Virus record (IMG/VR): IMGVR_UViG_3300027734_000045
Coordinates: 1-64,000 of that record
Direction: 5' to 3' (one strand)
DNA length: 64,000 nt
Origin: a virus
The position numbers were made by a program, and so were the translations under genes. Position 1 is the stretch's first letter; each line of letters begins with the position of its first letter. Below are positions 46,872 to 57,600 of this stretch, one piece after another. A model generated the notes under the pieces. It ran no database searches and was not told the DNA's origin. It saw only the letters and a list, made by a program, of their open reading frames with translations.

Positions 46872-47144
46872 TTATTCCCAAATGCTCGAGAAGTCAGTTC
46901 TCTCTTTTTTGTTCGTCAAGACGATTTCTTGTCGAGTGATTGGATTTTTAGCAATGATTCCGTACTTGTATTTTGCATCTTCTCCAAAGACTTTGACGTT
47001 TGTTTCGATAACTTTGTACTTTGTTGAGAAGTAGAAGACTGTGTCTCCAACTTTCTTTTCTCCAAGTGAGAACATTGCTCTTGCCAACTTGTTTAATTCT
47101 GGATTGCTGTTGTAAAGTACGTTGTCTTTGATTACTTCGTTCAT
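46872..47144 (-). CDS. Hypothetical cassette protein
   Basis: Conserved promoter/leader; terminator-like hairpin at ~46822-46862. Confidence 0.7.
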   Translation of the reverse strand: MNEVIKDNVLYNSNPELNKLARAMFSLGEKKVGDTVFYFSTKYKVIETNVKVFGEDAKYKYGIIAKNPITRQEIVLTNKKERTDFSSIWE

Positions 47145-47295
47145 TCGCTTTTCCTTTTGTCGTTTATTTATTTTTGGTACATAATCATTATAACATGAAC
47201 TTAGCAAAAATACTGCACATTTAGCAAAGATTTTCTACTTGTTATCATTTTGTTATAATCACTATTCCGGCTTGAACTACGGTGAAAGTTTGCGG

Positions 47296-48120
47296 TAAAA
47301 GCTCACACTCTCTGAAGTTTCTGAAGTTTCTGAAGTTTCTGAAGTCTTCAGATTTCGCTTTCACTTTTGAGCTCTCTGTCGAAAGCAAAGTTGCGATTTT
47401 GAGTTCTCTGTCGAAAGCTGAGATTTTGTTTAGAGCTCTCAATCGAAAGCTGAGATTCATTTTTCTCTCTCTGTCGATTTCTTAGTTTCGATTTAGATCT
47501 CTTTATCAAAAGTAGAGATTCGATTTCTGAAGTCTTTAGAGTTCTTTAGATTTCTTTCGATTTCTTAGAAGTTTCTAAAGTCTTCAGATTTTCGATTTTG
47601 TTTTTAGATTTCTCTTTCGATTTCTGAAGTCTTTAGATTCTTTAGATTCTTTAGAAGATTTTCTAAGTTTTCTAAAGTTTTCTGAAGTTTCTAAAGTTCT
47701 CTGAAGTTTTTCTTTCGCTACTAAAGTTCTCTGAAGTTTCTAAAGTTCTCTAAAGTCTTTCGATTTCTTAGAAGTTTCTAAAGTCTTTCGATTTCTCTTT
47801 CGATTTCTGAAGTCTTTCGATTTCTGCTTTTCTCTTTTGACTTCTCTTTTGATTTCTGAAGTTTTTAGATTTCTTCAAAGTCTCTGAAGTCTTTAGATTC
47901 GTTTAGTTGATTGCGGTAAATGATTGCGGTGAATTCGAACTCTCTTCAAAGTTTCTGAAGTCTTTCGATTTCTGAAGTCTTCAGATTTTTGATTTTAGTT
48001 TTTCGATTTCTGAAGTCTTCAGATTTCTTTCGCAACTTTAGATTTCTTTAGATTTCTTTCGCAACTTTAGATTTCTTTCGCAACTTTAGATTTCTGTTTT
48101 TCTTTTTCTCTTTCTCTTTA
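47296..48120. repeat. Non-coding low-complexity repeat tract
   Basis: Dozens of degenerate TTTCT(G/A)AAGT(C/T)TT and TT(C/A)GATTT units. Confidence 0.85.
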
Positions 48121-48180
48121 GAGTTAAGAAAGAAGCGACCGTTTTTCAACGATCGCAACTTTTGTTGAGTGATTTCTTAC

Positions 48181-48426
48181 TTACACAACGTAAGCAAGAA
48201 CGTATCCACCATTCAATTTCTCTTGAACTTTTTCTTGAGCGATTGAAAGTGCACTTTGGTTTGAGTAAGCGTTTACAACTTTGTTCTGTCTCTGTGATTT
48301 CTCTGCCATTCCCCAAGACATTGAAACTTTATTATCAACAACGATTACTTCATAGATTTTCTTCTTGCCATTTAGTCCACGGTTTCCGTCACTGACCTTT
48401 AGTAGACACCATTTCTTTTCGTTCAT
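48181..48426 (-). CDS. Stand-alone WGR-like domain protein (paralog of 28051)
   Basis: SDG.RG.NGKKK.YE...SWGMAEKS.R...GYV.AY. Confidence 0.75.
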   Translation of the reverse strand: MNEKKWCLLKVSDGNRGLNGKKKIYEVIVVDNKVSMSWGMAEKSQRQNKVVNAYSNQSALSIAQEKVQEKLNGGYVLAYVV

Positions 48427-49308
48427 TTTTTTCCTTTTGTCGTTTTGTCGTTTATTTATTTTTGGTACATAATCATTATACACTATTTTTAGCAAAATAG
48501 CTGCACTTTAGCAAAGATTTTTGCTAAGTTATCACTTTGTTATAAAGAGTTATTTTGCGGTGATTTGCGGTGATTTCTTGATTTTTCTCGTATTTTTGAA
48601 CAAATGTTCAGGTCGCTAAGATTCATTATAATCAACTGTCTTTTGTTCTTGACTTTGATTTCTCTTTGTCATTTTGTGGAGCAATTCTGGGCGACATGAC
48701 AAAAGGGCACAAAAAGCTACAATGAGCGCAAAGTCTCTTCTTTTCTCAATTTCTCACTTTCTTCGCACTCTCTCACTCTCACTCACTTTCGTCGACTTTC
48801 TCTTCTTTTCTCTCGCTCTCGCTTTCTCTCACTCTCTCACTCTCACTTTCTCTCGCTATTTTTCTCTCGCTCTCGCTCTCGCTCTCTTCTTCTCTCACTT
48901 TGGCTCACACAAAAGCTCACGCAAAAGCGAAAGACTTTTCGACTTCTCGCTCTCTTCTTCTCTCACTCTAAGCGCTTTCATGAGCTTCTTTTTTCTTTAG
49001 AGAGTCTCGGCTGTGTGGAGTGAGCGCAGTTATAAAAATGTTATCATTAGAGTTGTGTGGAGTGAGAGAAGTCGTGTGATTGTGTGGTGTGGAGTGTAAT
49101 GAGAAAGTTATAATTGGTCGGTTTGGTGATTCGGGTCTCTGTTTGGGTCGGTTTGGTGATTCGGTGGAGACGTTTTCAAGAAGCTCACACACTAACCGCA
49201 ACCCTCTCTTTCACCAAAGACACCTAACCTTACTGTACTGCTTCCTCTCCTCTGTACACAACCTCTCCGCCGTAGTCAGTTGTACACTCGCATGATACAG
49301 TATCTCGC

Positions 49309-49809
49309 ATGGAAGATAAGGCGAGAGTCGCGGCGCGAGGTCAGGCGCTCCCTCCCTCGGAGGCGAGCCTGCTCGCCGGTCTGCAACCGCGAGCCGTAAG
49401 GCAGCGCTGCGCGGACCTCTATAAGGCTGGGTGGACGCTTGACGCGATAGGCAACGCGCTCGTTCCGCCGCGTGGTCGCTCCACCGTTCGGTCGTGGGTC
49501 GCAAAGAGCACCTCAACACTCAAGGAGACACTTCCTCCTCTTCCTCTACCAACTGCCCGTCCGGCTCATAAAAGTGCACCCACGACCCATCCAGGTATCC
49601 CCGAGGCCACGGTCTCCCGAATACGAGAACTGGCTCCGCTTGCCCGGCATTACCGTTCTAGAACGGCGTCCACCTCAACGGCGGCCCGCGCGAACACTGA
49701 GCTAACCGCTCTCTGTCTTAGTTTACACGCCAGCGGCGTGACCACCGCTGAACTAGCCCGTGCCGCGGGAGTGACGTACCGTGCAATGGCACGCCGTCTT
49801 GGAAGATAA
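49309..49809 (+). CDS. Double-HTH DNA-binding protein (paralog family A)
   Basis: GWTL.AIG.A.....RSTVRSW and GVT..ELARAAGVTY.A..RR. Confidence 0.75.
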   Translation: MEDKARVAARGQALPPSEASLLAGLQPRAVRQRCADLYKAGWTLDAIGNALVPPRGRSTVRSWVAKSTSTLKETLPPLPLPTARPAHKSAPTTHPGIPEATVSRIRELAPLARHYRSRTASTSTAARANTELTALCLSLHASGVTTAELARAAGVTYRAMARRLGR

Positions 49810-49824
49810 AGGAGAAAATAAAGG

Positions 49825-50202
49825 GTGAGAATTCTACAGGACACCTTTCCAGCGCTGGTCTCAGTTGCTGGAAGTCCACCGCCCGCTGGGGAGACAATTC
49901 CTCCCGGCTCAAGAAAGTATCGCGCCAAGGTTGTTGACCGCGCGAGAGTTATCGTCACCGCGGACCGAGTTATCATTGCCGTTGACGGCACCAGCGACGA
50001 AGGTCCGCTTATCGTCTTTAGTCAGCCGTACTCTGCCGGGAACTTTGTCAAGGCAGGCAACGCGGATAACGCGTCAACGGTTATCACCGACAACGGAGCG
50101 TACGTCTCCTTCTCGCGAGGACAGGACTGCGCCTGCGGCTCACGTCTTCGCGGCTGGAACCCGTTTAGAGCCATAAGCTCAAGCAGAGACCCACAGGTGT
50201 AG
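49825..50202 (+). CDS. Hypothetical packaging-region protein
   Basis: C-terminal CACGSRL..W.P; AAGGAG SD. Confidence 0.65.
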   Translation: MRILQDTFPALVSVAGSPPPAGETIPPGSRKYRAKVVDRARVIVTADRVIIAVDGTSDEGPLIVFSQPYSAGNFVKAGNADNASTVITDNGAYVSFSRGQDCACGSRLRGWNPFRAISSSRDPQV

Positions 50203-50203
50203 A

Positions 50204-50494
50204 GTGCAGGACCTAGTAGAACTAATAGTCTTAGCCCTCGCTGTTTTTCGCGTGACCCGGCTCGTCACCACGGACTATATAACTGAGCCAATTCGAAACT
50301 TTATCTGGAAACGCTTCCCGCCGGAGTCCACGAAAACAGGTTATCTATTCACCTGCGACTGGTGCACGTCAATCTGGGTTTCGTCACTGTTTGCGATTCC
50401 TTATACGATAGTTCCAACGGAGACCGTGGCGGTTTCGCTCATACCAGCGTTGTCTGCAGTCGCCTCCATAATAGCCGCGCGAGTTGATAGATGA
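50204..50494 (+). CDS. DUF1360-like membrane protein
   Basis: LA..R.TRLVT.D.I..P.R...L.TC.WC.S.W. Confidence 0.8.
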   Translation: MQDLVELIVLALAVFRVTRLVTTDYITEPIRNFIWKRFPPESTKTGYLFTCDWCTSIWVSSLFAIPYTIVPTETVAVSLIPALSAVASIIAARVDR

Positions 50495-50533
50495 TGTCGA
50501 CCGTTCCGCAATCTAAAGACGAGGAGTTAACCA

Positions 50534-52267
50534 TTGGGTGTATTTAGCCGAGAGCCACAGCCGCTTCGTGCAAGTGGCGCGACAGGCCGCATAGCTCCTC
50601 CGTCTATCCTGTCTACCACCTTTGGCAATGGATACCAAAGTCTTCCGTACTCAGCTCCTCGAGGTCTAACTGCCGCTGCCGCGCAGATAAGACTAAACGA
50701 TAAGGGAGAGGCCGAGCAGTTCAAGGCTCGTCGCGCAACCGCGGTATCCGCCTGGCAAAACGAGGCGTGGGAATACTACGACGCAATCGGTGAAATCAAG
50801 TACGCCTTTAATCTAGTTTCCTCCGTCGTAAGCCGCATTCGTCTATACGTGGCCGTTGTCGAAAACCCGGCCCAGACTCCAGTTGCAGTTAGAAGTGCCG
50901 CCAGCGTTGACGGTCGACTAGCCGGAGCCGCCGAGCGCGCGCTTGACCGTCTGAACTCAGCGTATGGAGGACAGGCAGGTCTTCTCAGAGACGCGGCACT
51001 AAACCTGTCCGTCACTGGAGAGTGCTATCTTGTTCAAATTCCAGAGCGCCTAGGTTCCGGTATCCCTGAGAGCTGGGACATCCGCTCAACCGACGAGCTC
51101 CTAATCGACTCAAGAGGAAACTACGCGATCGCGCCAAGACGCGACCTCACCGTAGCTACCGGAGGCGGAGATAAGAAGGGGATTATCCAGCTGCCGACCA
51201 ACGCATTTGTTGGCAGAATCTGGCGTGCACATCCGCGCTACTCAGAGGAGGCCGACAGTTCTCTACGCGGTCTGCTAGACATGTGTGCCGAACTACTACT
51301 TCTAAACCGCACCTTCCGTGCAACGGCGCGTTCCCGTCTGAACGCTGGTGCGCTCTATCTCCCAGACGGCCTAAGCGTCGCGGCTGGACCAGACCCTAAC
51401 TATCCTTACGATGACCCGGACGGTCTGACCGACGCTCCGACTCCTGAGGAGATGCAGGACGAGTTCGAGGACCAACTTGTTGACGCGATGACCACTCCTA
51501 TTAGAGATGAAGATTCTGCCTCAGCGGTTGTTCCACTTATTATTCGTGGTCCTGCGGAACTTGGCGACAAGATTAAGCAGTTTAAATTTGAACGCTCATT
51601 TGACCCGGCGTTGGCAGAGCGCTCAGACCGCGTTCTTGAGAGAATCCTTCAGGGACTAGACGTTCCAAAGGACGTGGTCACTGGACTTGCCAACGTAAAG
51701 TATTCAAACGCGCTGCAGATTGATGAGGCACTTTACAAGGCACACATCGAACCGATGATGCTGCTTATCGCGGATGCCATTACCGTTGTCTATCTTCGTC
51801 CTTATCTTATTGCAAATGGATTTGACGCGGTTGACGTCAATAGACTGGTTATCTGGTATGACCCGTCTCTAGTCGCAACCCGCAACGACCGCGCGATGGA
51901 CGCGGACGCAGGATTCGACCGCATGGCAGTTTCATTCGAAACATGGAGACGCGCGCACGGATTCTCAGACGCAGACGCTCCAAGTCCAACTGAGCTTGGT
52001 CTACGTCTACTTGTCGAGAAGGGCGCGATTACTCCTGAGCTAAGCGAGGCCCTGCTGAACGCGGTCGCACCTGACATCATGAAGGCTGCCCGTGATGCCT
52101 CACAGGCAACGAGCGTTGCGCCAATTCCAGACATGGTAAACCAGATGCTTAGCGGACAGGCTCCAGCAGCACCAGCAGCTCCAGCAGCAGAGCCAATCGC
52201 GCCAGCAGACGCAGCGCCGCCTCCACCCGAGGAAGCTCCACCAGGATTAGCAGAACCAATAGTATAG
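50534..52267 (+). CDS. Portal protein
   Basis: 577 aa in the head module after terL; WQ.EAW.YYD.IGE, L.V.GE, RIW..HP and GLD.P motifs as in actinophage portals. Confidence 0.85.
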   Translation: MGVFSREPQPLRASGATGRIAPPSILSTTFGNGYQSLPYSAPRGLTAAAAQIRLNDKGEAEQFKARRATAVSAWQNEAWEYYDAIGEIKYAFNLVSSVVSRIRLYVAVVENPAQTPVAVRSAASVDGRLAGAAERALDRLNSAYGGQAGLLRDAALNLSVTGECYLVQIPERLGSGIPESWDIRSTDELLIDSRGNYAIAPRRDLTVATGGGDKKGIIQLPTNAFVGRIWRAHPRYSEEADSSLRGLLDMCAELLLLNRTFRATARSRLNAGALYLPDGLSVAAGPDPNYPYDDPDGLTDAPTPEEMQDEFEDQLVDAMTTPIRDEDSASAVVPLIIRGPAELGDKIKQFKFERSFDPALAERSDRVLERILQGLDVPKDVVTGLANVKYSNALQIDEALYKAHIEPMMLLIADAITVVYLRPYLIANGFDAVDVNRLVIWYDPSLVATRNDRAMDADAGFDRMAVSFETWRRAHGFSDADAPSPTELGLRLLVEKGAITPELSEALLNAVAPDIMKAARDASQATSVAPIPDMVNQMLSGQAPAAPAAPAAEPIAPADAAPPPPEEAPPGLAEPIV

Positions 52268-52281
52268 GAAAAGGAACATAA

Positions 52282-54693
52282 ATGCTTGACATTCTCCCGG
52301 ACGACCCGCTGGGTAGGGAAGAGCTTGCCGACGCGCTAGCCGAGACCTTATCTAACGTAGTTGTCTTTCAATACATGGCTCACGGTTTCCACTGGAACGT
52401 AAAGGGTCCGCACTTTGCTCAGTTCCACGAGTTCTTTGGAGAAATCTACGAGGACGCTCAAGGTTCAGAGGACGACCTAGCCGAAAACATTAGAAGAATC
52501 GGATACGACGCTCCGTCTGCGTTGCCACAGTTCATGGCACTATCAAACGTTCAATACGTTGAGTGTTCAAGTGACCCGCTAGAGATGAGCCAGGTTCTAC
52601 TGGAGGCCAACTCAGTTGTAATCGACTCGCTAAATGGTACGTTCACAATCGCCAACGCGATAAATGAACAAGGAGTTGCAAACCTAATCGCCGAGCGCAT
52701 CGACATGCACAAGAAATGGCAGTGGCAGCTAATCTCTACGCTAGGTCTTGACGAAAAGTCAATGGGAAAATCTAAGGCTGAATCTCCTTTAGAAGTATCG
52801 GACCACGATTACTCGTTGTTCGAAACGGACGTTCAGCCAGAAGAAGTTTTTGTTCCAACAACGGCTGCGGTTGGAAAAATAGTCTCAGAGGAGCAGGACC
52901 TAGCACAGGCTCTTCTTGACATCGCAAATAAGTATGGAAAGTTTAACGAAGACGATACCGGTATCTGGGCTGGGTACACTCCAGCGGCAGAAAACGAAGT
53001 TGCAGCCATTGGCGTCAAGTGCAGCAACTGCGTTCTTTATCGTGGCGGCTCAGAATGTGCAATCATCTCTGCTGAAGTAGAGCCTGAAGGCAAGTGCCGC
53101 TTTGCGGTAATTCCAGATGGCGTAGTTAGTTTAGACGAAAATCCTATAGAGAAGATGTTTTCTAAGCCACCTTACCTAGCTCAGGACGAGCTAAAGCAAA
53201 AGGTAGAAGACCTAGACGACTACGAGGAAGAATACCTAAACATCTCTGATTTGATTCCAACTCAGACTCATCTAGACCCAAGTAAGTTTAAGGACGCTCG
53301 CTCAATCACGAAGCCGGTAATCGTTTACGAAGACGCCGACGGATATAAGTTAGTTGACGGACATCATAGATGCGCTTCTAAGGCCATCGCAGGTGAAACT
53401 AAGATTATGGCAAGGGTCTACAGAGGTTTAGTAGCGGCAGCTTCATTGTTTACCGCGATACCAATAAGTCCTGACGACATAGAGCTTTCAGCCGATGGCC
53501 CTTGCTGGGACGGCTATGAGCAAATCGGCATGAAGATGAAGAACGGCAAGAAGGTTCCTAACTGCGTTCCGATAAACGCCGCCGCGACTGAGTTCGCTGC
53601 AACTGAAGATTCCTGTCCACCTGCCACTAGAGACATCGTTCTAAACGTCACCAACAGACAGAACGCCATCGACAACGTTGGCTACGGACCACTAAACCCA
53701 CTCGAGCCAAACGACGAGTTCTGGCAGGAGAAGGCAGACCGCTGGAAGACAACCCCAGAAGAGTCAAAGAAAAGCATTTGCGGAAACTGTGTATTCTTCG
53801 TGAGAACACCGAGCATGCTTAATTGCATTGAAGGCGGACTTGCCGAGGGTGGCTCAGGAGAACAAAACGCCTGGGACGCAATCGACAAAGCAGAGCTAGG
53901 CTACTGCGAAGCGCTTGACTTCAAGTGCGCTGCGTCTAGAACATGCAACGCGTGGGCAGCTGGTGGACCAATCACCGAGGAAAAGAGCTCTACTGAGACG
54001 TCAGACGACACCGTCAGCTACTCACCTGCCGACGCTCGCAACGCAGTCTACGCGTCTGGTTCTAAGCCTGCGCCAAAGAAGGACCGCATAAAAGGTTCTA
54101 AGAAAAACGCCCCAGGCTCTGCTAAGAACAAGAAAAAGGTAATAACCTTTTCAAAGGAAGTAGAGGCCTCTCTTCGCAAGAAGGTCACAGACCACAACGC
54201 TAAAGCGAAGACCGAGGGTCGTCAGGCAACATTGCCAATGCTAAAGGCCGTTTACCGCCGAGGAGCCGGAGCGTACTCAAGTTCTCATAGACCAAACATC
54301 TCTCGCGCAGCCTGGGCAATGGCAAGAGTAAACGCTTTCCTACACCTGCTCAAGACAGGTAAGCCTGCTAGCGTGAAGTACACCCAAGACAACGATCTAC
54401 TTCCAGCTAAGCATCCAAAAGCTCCAGGCGCGATTACCGCAAGTATTTTTAGCGAGCTTGCCGTTGAGCTTAAGGAAGAAAATGAATACGCGTCTCCAGA
54501 ACATGCTATATTTGCACTAGCAGAGTTCTCGGGAATGGGTTACGAGATTATTCCTGCACTTCGCGCAAGCTGGGCAAGAGCTGTTAAAAACGACGAAACA
54601 CCTTACAAACGAGCAATGAACCTTGCCACAAAGTTGTACAATAGTAATGACGCTGACCTGCTACCAGCAGATAAGAAAGGCACCTTAGAGTGA
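52282..54693 (+). CDS. Multidomain head-associated protein: Dps/ferritin + two Cys-rich (HiPIP-like) modules + ParB-like domain + C-terminal helical domain
   Basis: HWNVKG..F..FHEFF.E.Y...D.LAE; CSNC..Y...C...PEG.C; LVDGHHR; PCWDGY...G.K...VPNCVP; CGNC.FF...GYC...F.C...RTC.AW; VYRRG.GA...WA.ARVN.FL. Confidence 0.8.
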   Translation: MLDILPDDPLGREELADALAETLSNVVVFQYMAHGFHWNVKGPHFAQFHEFFGEIYEDAQGSEDDLAENIRRIGYDAPSALPQFMALSNVQYVECSSDPLEMSQVLLEANSVVIDSLNGTFTIANAINEQGVANLIAERIDMHKKWQWQLISTLGLDEKSMGKSKAESPLEVSDHDYSLFETDVQPEEVFVPTTAAVGKIVSEEQDLAQALLDIANKYGKFNEDDTGIWAGYTPAAENEVAAIGVKCSNCVLYRGGSECAIISAEVEPEGKCRFAVIPDGVVSLDENPIEKMFSKPPYLAQDELKQKVEDLDDYEEEYLNISDLIPTQTHLDPSKFKDARSITKPVIVYEDADGYKLVDGHHRCASKAIAGETKIMARVYRGLVAAASLFTAIPISPDDIELSADGPCWDGYEQIGMKMKNGKKVPNCVPINAAATEFAATEDSCPPATRDIVLNVTNRQNAIDNVGYGPLNPLEPNDEFWQEKADRWKTTPEESKKSICGNCVFFVRTPSMLNCIEGGLAEGGSGEQNAWDAIDKAELGYCEALDFKCAASRTCNAWAAGGPITEEKSSTETSDDTVSYSPADARNAVYASGSKPAPKKDRIKGSKKNAPGSAKNKKKVITFSKEVEASLRKKVTDHNAKAKTEGRQATLPMLKAVYRRGAGAYSSSHRPNISRAAWAMARVNAFLHLLKTGKPASVKYTQDNDLLPAKHPKAPGAITASIFSELAVELKEENEYASPEHAIFALAEFSGMGYEIIPALRASWARAVKNDETPYKRAMNLATKLYNSNDADLLPADKKGTLE

Positions 54694-57600
54694 GCATCCA
54701 AAACATAGTCCTACCTCTGTCTCTTCGACTTCGCATTGCCGAAATCGTATCCGAAAAGAACAACTCGGTACTTGCGGCTCGTCAGGTTCCGTTGACCGCT
54801 GCCTACGTGGTTGCCAGACGTGCAATCGCCCTGACGGCAAGCCTCGACCCTTCAGTTGAAGGCTACGTGGCAATCAAGGCAGTCACCGCCTTTACCACGC
54901 TTGCGATCGACGGTAGGACGTCCCTTACCGCAAGCAGCGGGTTAGACATCTACCGCGACGTGCTTCCAATTGGTCACCCTGAGTTTTCAAACGCGGCCGT
55001 CTTGCCAATTAAGACGCTTAGAGCTGCCCGCGCAGAATGGCTAGCCGCAGACCCACGAATCGCCGACGAGTACCGTCCGCTAGTTGCCTCTGCGTTTGGA
55101 GCGACTCCTGGCTCGCTTGAACAGCGCCACGCCCGTGCGCGTTTAGACCGCGTCGACTCTCACAGCGTGCCGCTCGACATCGTACTTGCTCCACTAATTG
55201 CCGCTGCTAGAAAAATTGACATCGCAGCTCTAAAGGCTCGTGTTGCTGACCAGCTCCGCGACCCACACACTGGACAGTGGATTGAGGAAGGCCACTTTGC
55301 GATGTTTGACCTAAAGGGTCCTAGCGGAAAGATTCGCAAGGTGTTCGGTCAACTTGTTGGTGGTAACGACATGCTCGGCTACGGTGAGATTCACGTGACC
55401 GATGACCCAGACCTCGGCACCGGTGTAGTCAAGGTAAACAAGGCTAACATTACAGCTGTAGGCGGTATGCTTACAGACGAAAACCTAGAAAAAGCAGGCG
55501 TTGACCCACAGGGCAAGCAGAGAGTTTACCTAAACACTGATGCACAGAGTCTAAACGACCTAGCTAAGACCATGGACGTCGCGCCTAGTGACTGGACCTG
55601 GGATGCAAACGAAGACAACTCAAACGGCAGCAAGGGAGCGTTTATCTCTGCCGACGGTTTCAAGGCCGTTCCTGTTGGCGAAGGCGGACAGAACGCCAAG
55701 ACCTTCGACATCTTTGACGCAGATGACAAGCCGATTGAAACTCTGCAGGGTGAAGGTTGGGGAAACATCCAGGGCGGTCTACAAAAGATTCGCCAGGACA
55801 TGGCAAAGAAGGTGGACGCAGGTAAGCCTGCAACCGAGAGCACCGGTACCGCGCAGATGATTCCTGCTGGAAAGCTCCAGGCTGGAGACAAGGTTGACGT
55901 GGCAGGCAAAGAGAACACCGTTGTCTCAGTTAGCAAGCCGTATAAATACAAGGTAAAGCCTACTGACCTAAAGCAGACCAAGTCTGGCTATAGAAACGTG
56001 GTAGACGTCACCCTTGAAGACGAGAACGGCGAGCGCGTCACTAAGCGCTGGAACCCTGCGACTGAAATCCAGGCTATTCGTCCAGAAGGCAAGGAAGAAG
56101 CTCCAGCAGTCGAAGGAGAAGTAGAACACGGTCTATCCGATACTTGGACCAGCGTAATGAACGGCGCGTTAGGCAAGCGCGAGCAGCAGCTGCGCGACCT
56201 TGAAAAGTCATTCCCGCCAGACGCCGCGGCAACCGCTGAAATGAACGAGTTAGCAGCGGCTAGAGCAAGAATCAAATCAGGAGTGGTCACCGAGGCAGAC
56301 CTTGAAAAGGTCAAAGAACTTCTCAGTCAGGAGGACGGCGCCGATAGCCTGTTTACAAAGCCAGGTTCAACGATATCCCAAATCGACAAGCTTCTAAAAT
56401 ACAAGTTTGGTAAAGACGGTGCTCCTAGGAGCATGAGCCAAGAGTCCGATGACGCCGGTAAAACTCCTATCGAACCTGGCCAGAAGGTTAAGGGAGGCGT
56501 TTCTGACCTTCTCGACGACTACGATAAAGAATTACAGAAGAGCGGCTTCGACGTAGGAATGCGCGACGGCACCTGGACATCAGCAGATGGCCGTTTGGAA
56601 CTCTCTTACGAGGATGACGCATGGAACGTCAAGTTCGATGGAGAACTAGCGGCTAAGGTCACCATATGGGAAGAAGACGAGAACGGTAAGTATTACGAAC
56701 CCGACGACGACAGCATCTATGAGTCAATTTTCGACAGTCTTTATGGCGAACTAACAAAGGACTTTACCAAGGAAGACTACGTCGACGACATGGTCAGCAG
56801 CGGCCAAAGATCGATCCAAGAAATAAAGGACCTTGGAAAACTTCCTGACGAATCTGATGAAGACTTTGGTGCAAGAATCAAGAAACTAGAAGACGGCCTA
56901 TCATCTTTAGAAAGCTACATACGCTCAGATGACTTTAAGTACCTTCCAGATTCAATGAGAACAGAAGCCTATGGCACCTACACTCCGGGTACCAAAGCCT
57001 CTCCTATGGAACAAAAGCTAAACTCGCTATTAGAGTCTGCAAGACACGCTGGTTATAAGTCTCGTGAACTGTATTTGAAAGATCTCTTCGCTAAGAAGAA
57101 GGCCGAAATAGACGAAGCTAGTAAAGCTACAGGACCTTCACCTGATGCTGCCGCTGAAGGCAAGGTGAAGGCCAAGAACAAGGCCGAGGCAAAAGGCAAG
57201 ATGGCCGAGCCTGCCACGGACGCGCAAAAAAACTACGTAAAGGCAATGCTGAAGAACCCAGCAGTTCCAGACGATGTTCGCTCTAGAATTCAGGCTGACC
57301 TCGATGAGCAAGGCGACGCGATAAACAAGAACGACATCGGTCTTCACATCGCTGAGCTAAAGAACTACCCGAGCAAGAGTCTGCCGACAGACAAGATGTA
57401 TAACTCGATACAGCGTGAGCTCTACGCCCGCGGAGCCTCTCCTGAAGAAGTCGATAAGATTCTTGCTGACCTGCCTAACATGGACAAGAAGCAGGCCTCA
57501 GACCTAATCGGTTCGCTGAAGGAGAAACCAGACCTTGCCGGCGAAGAGGCAACTAAAAACGGATTTGAAGAAACCACCAATGAGTCTGATAAGTACGATG

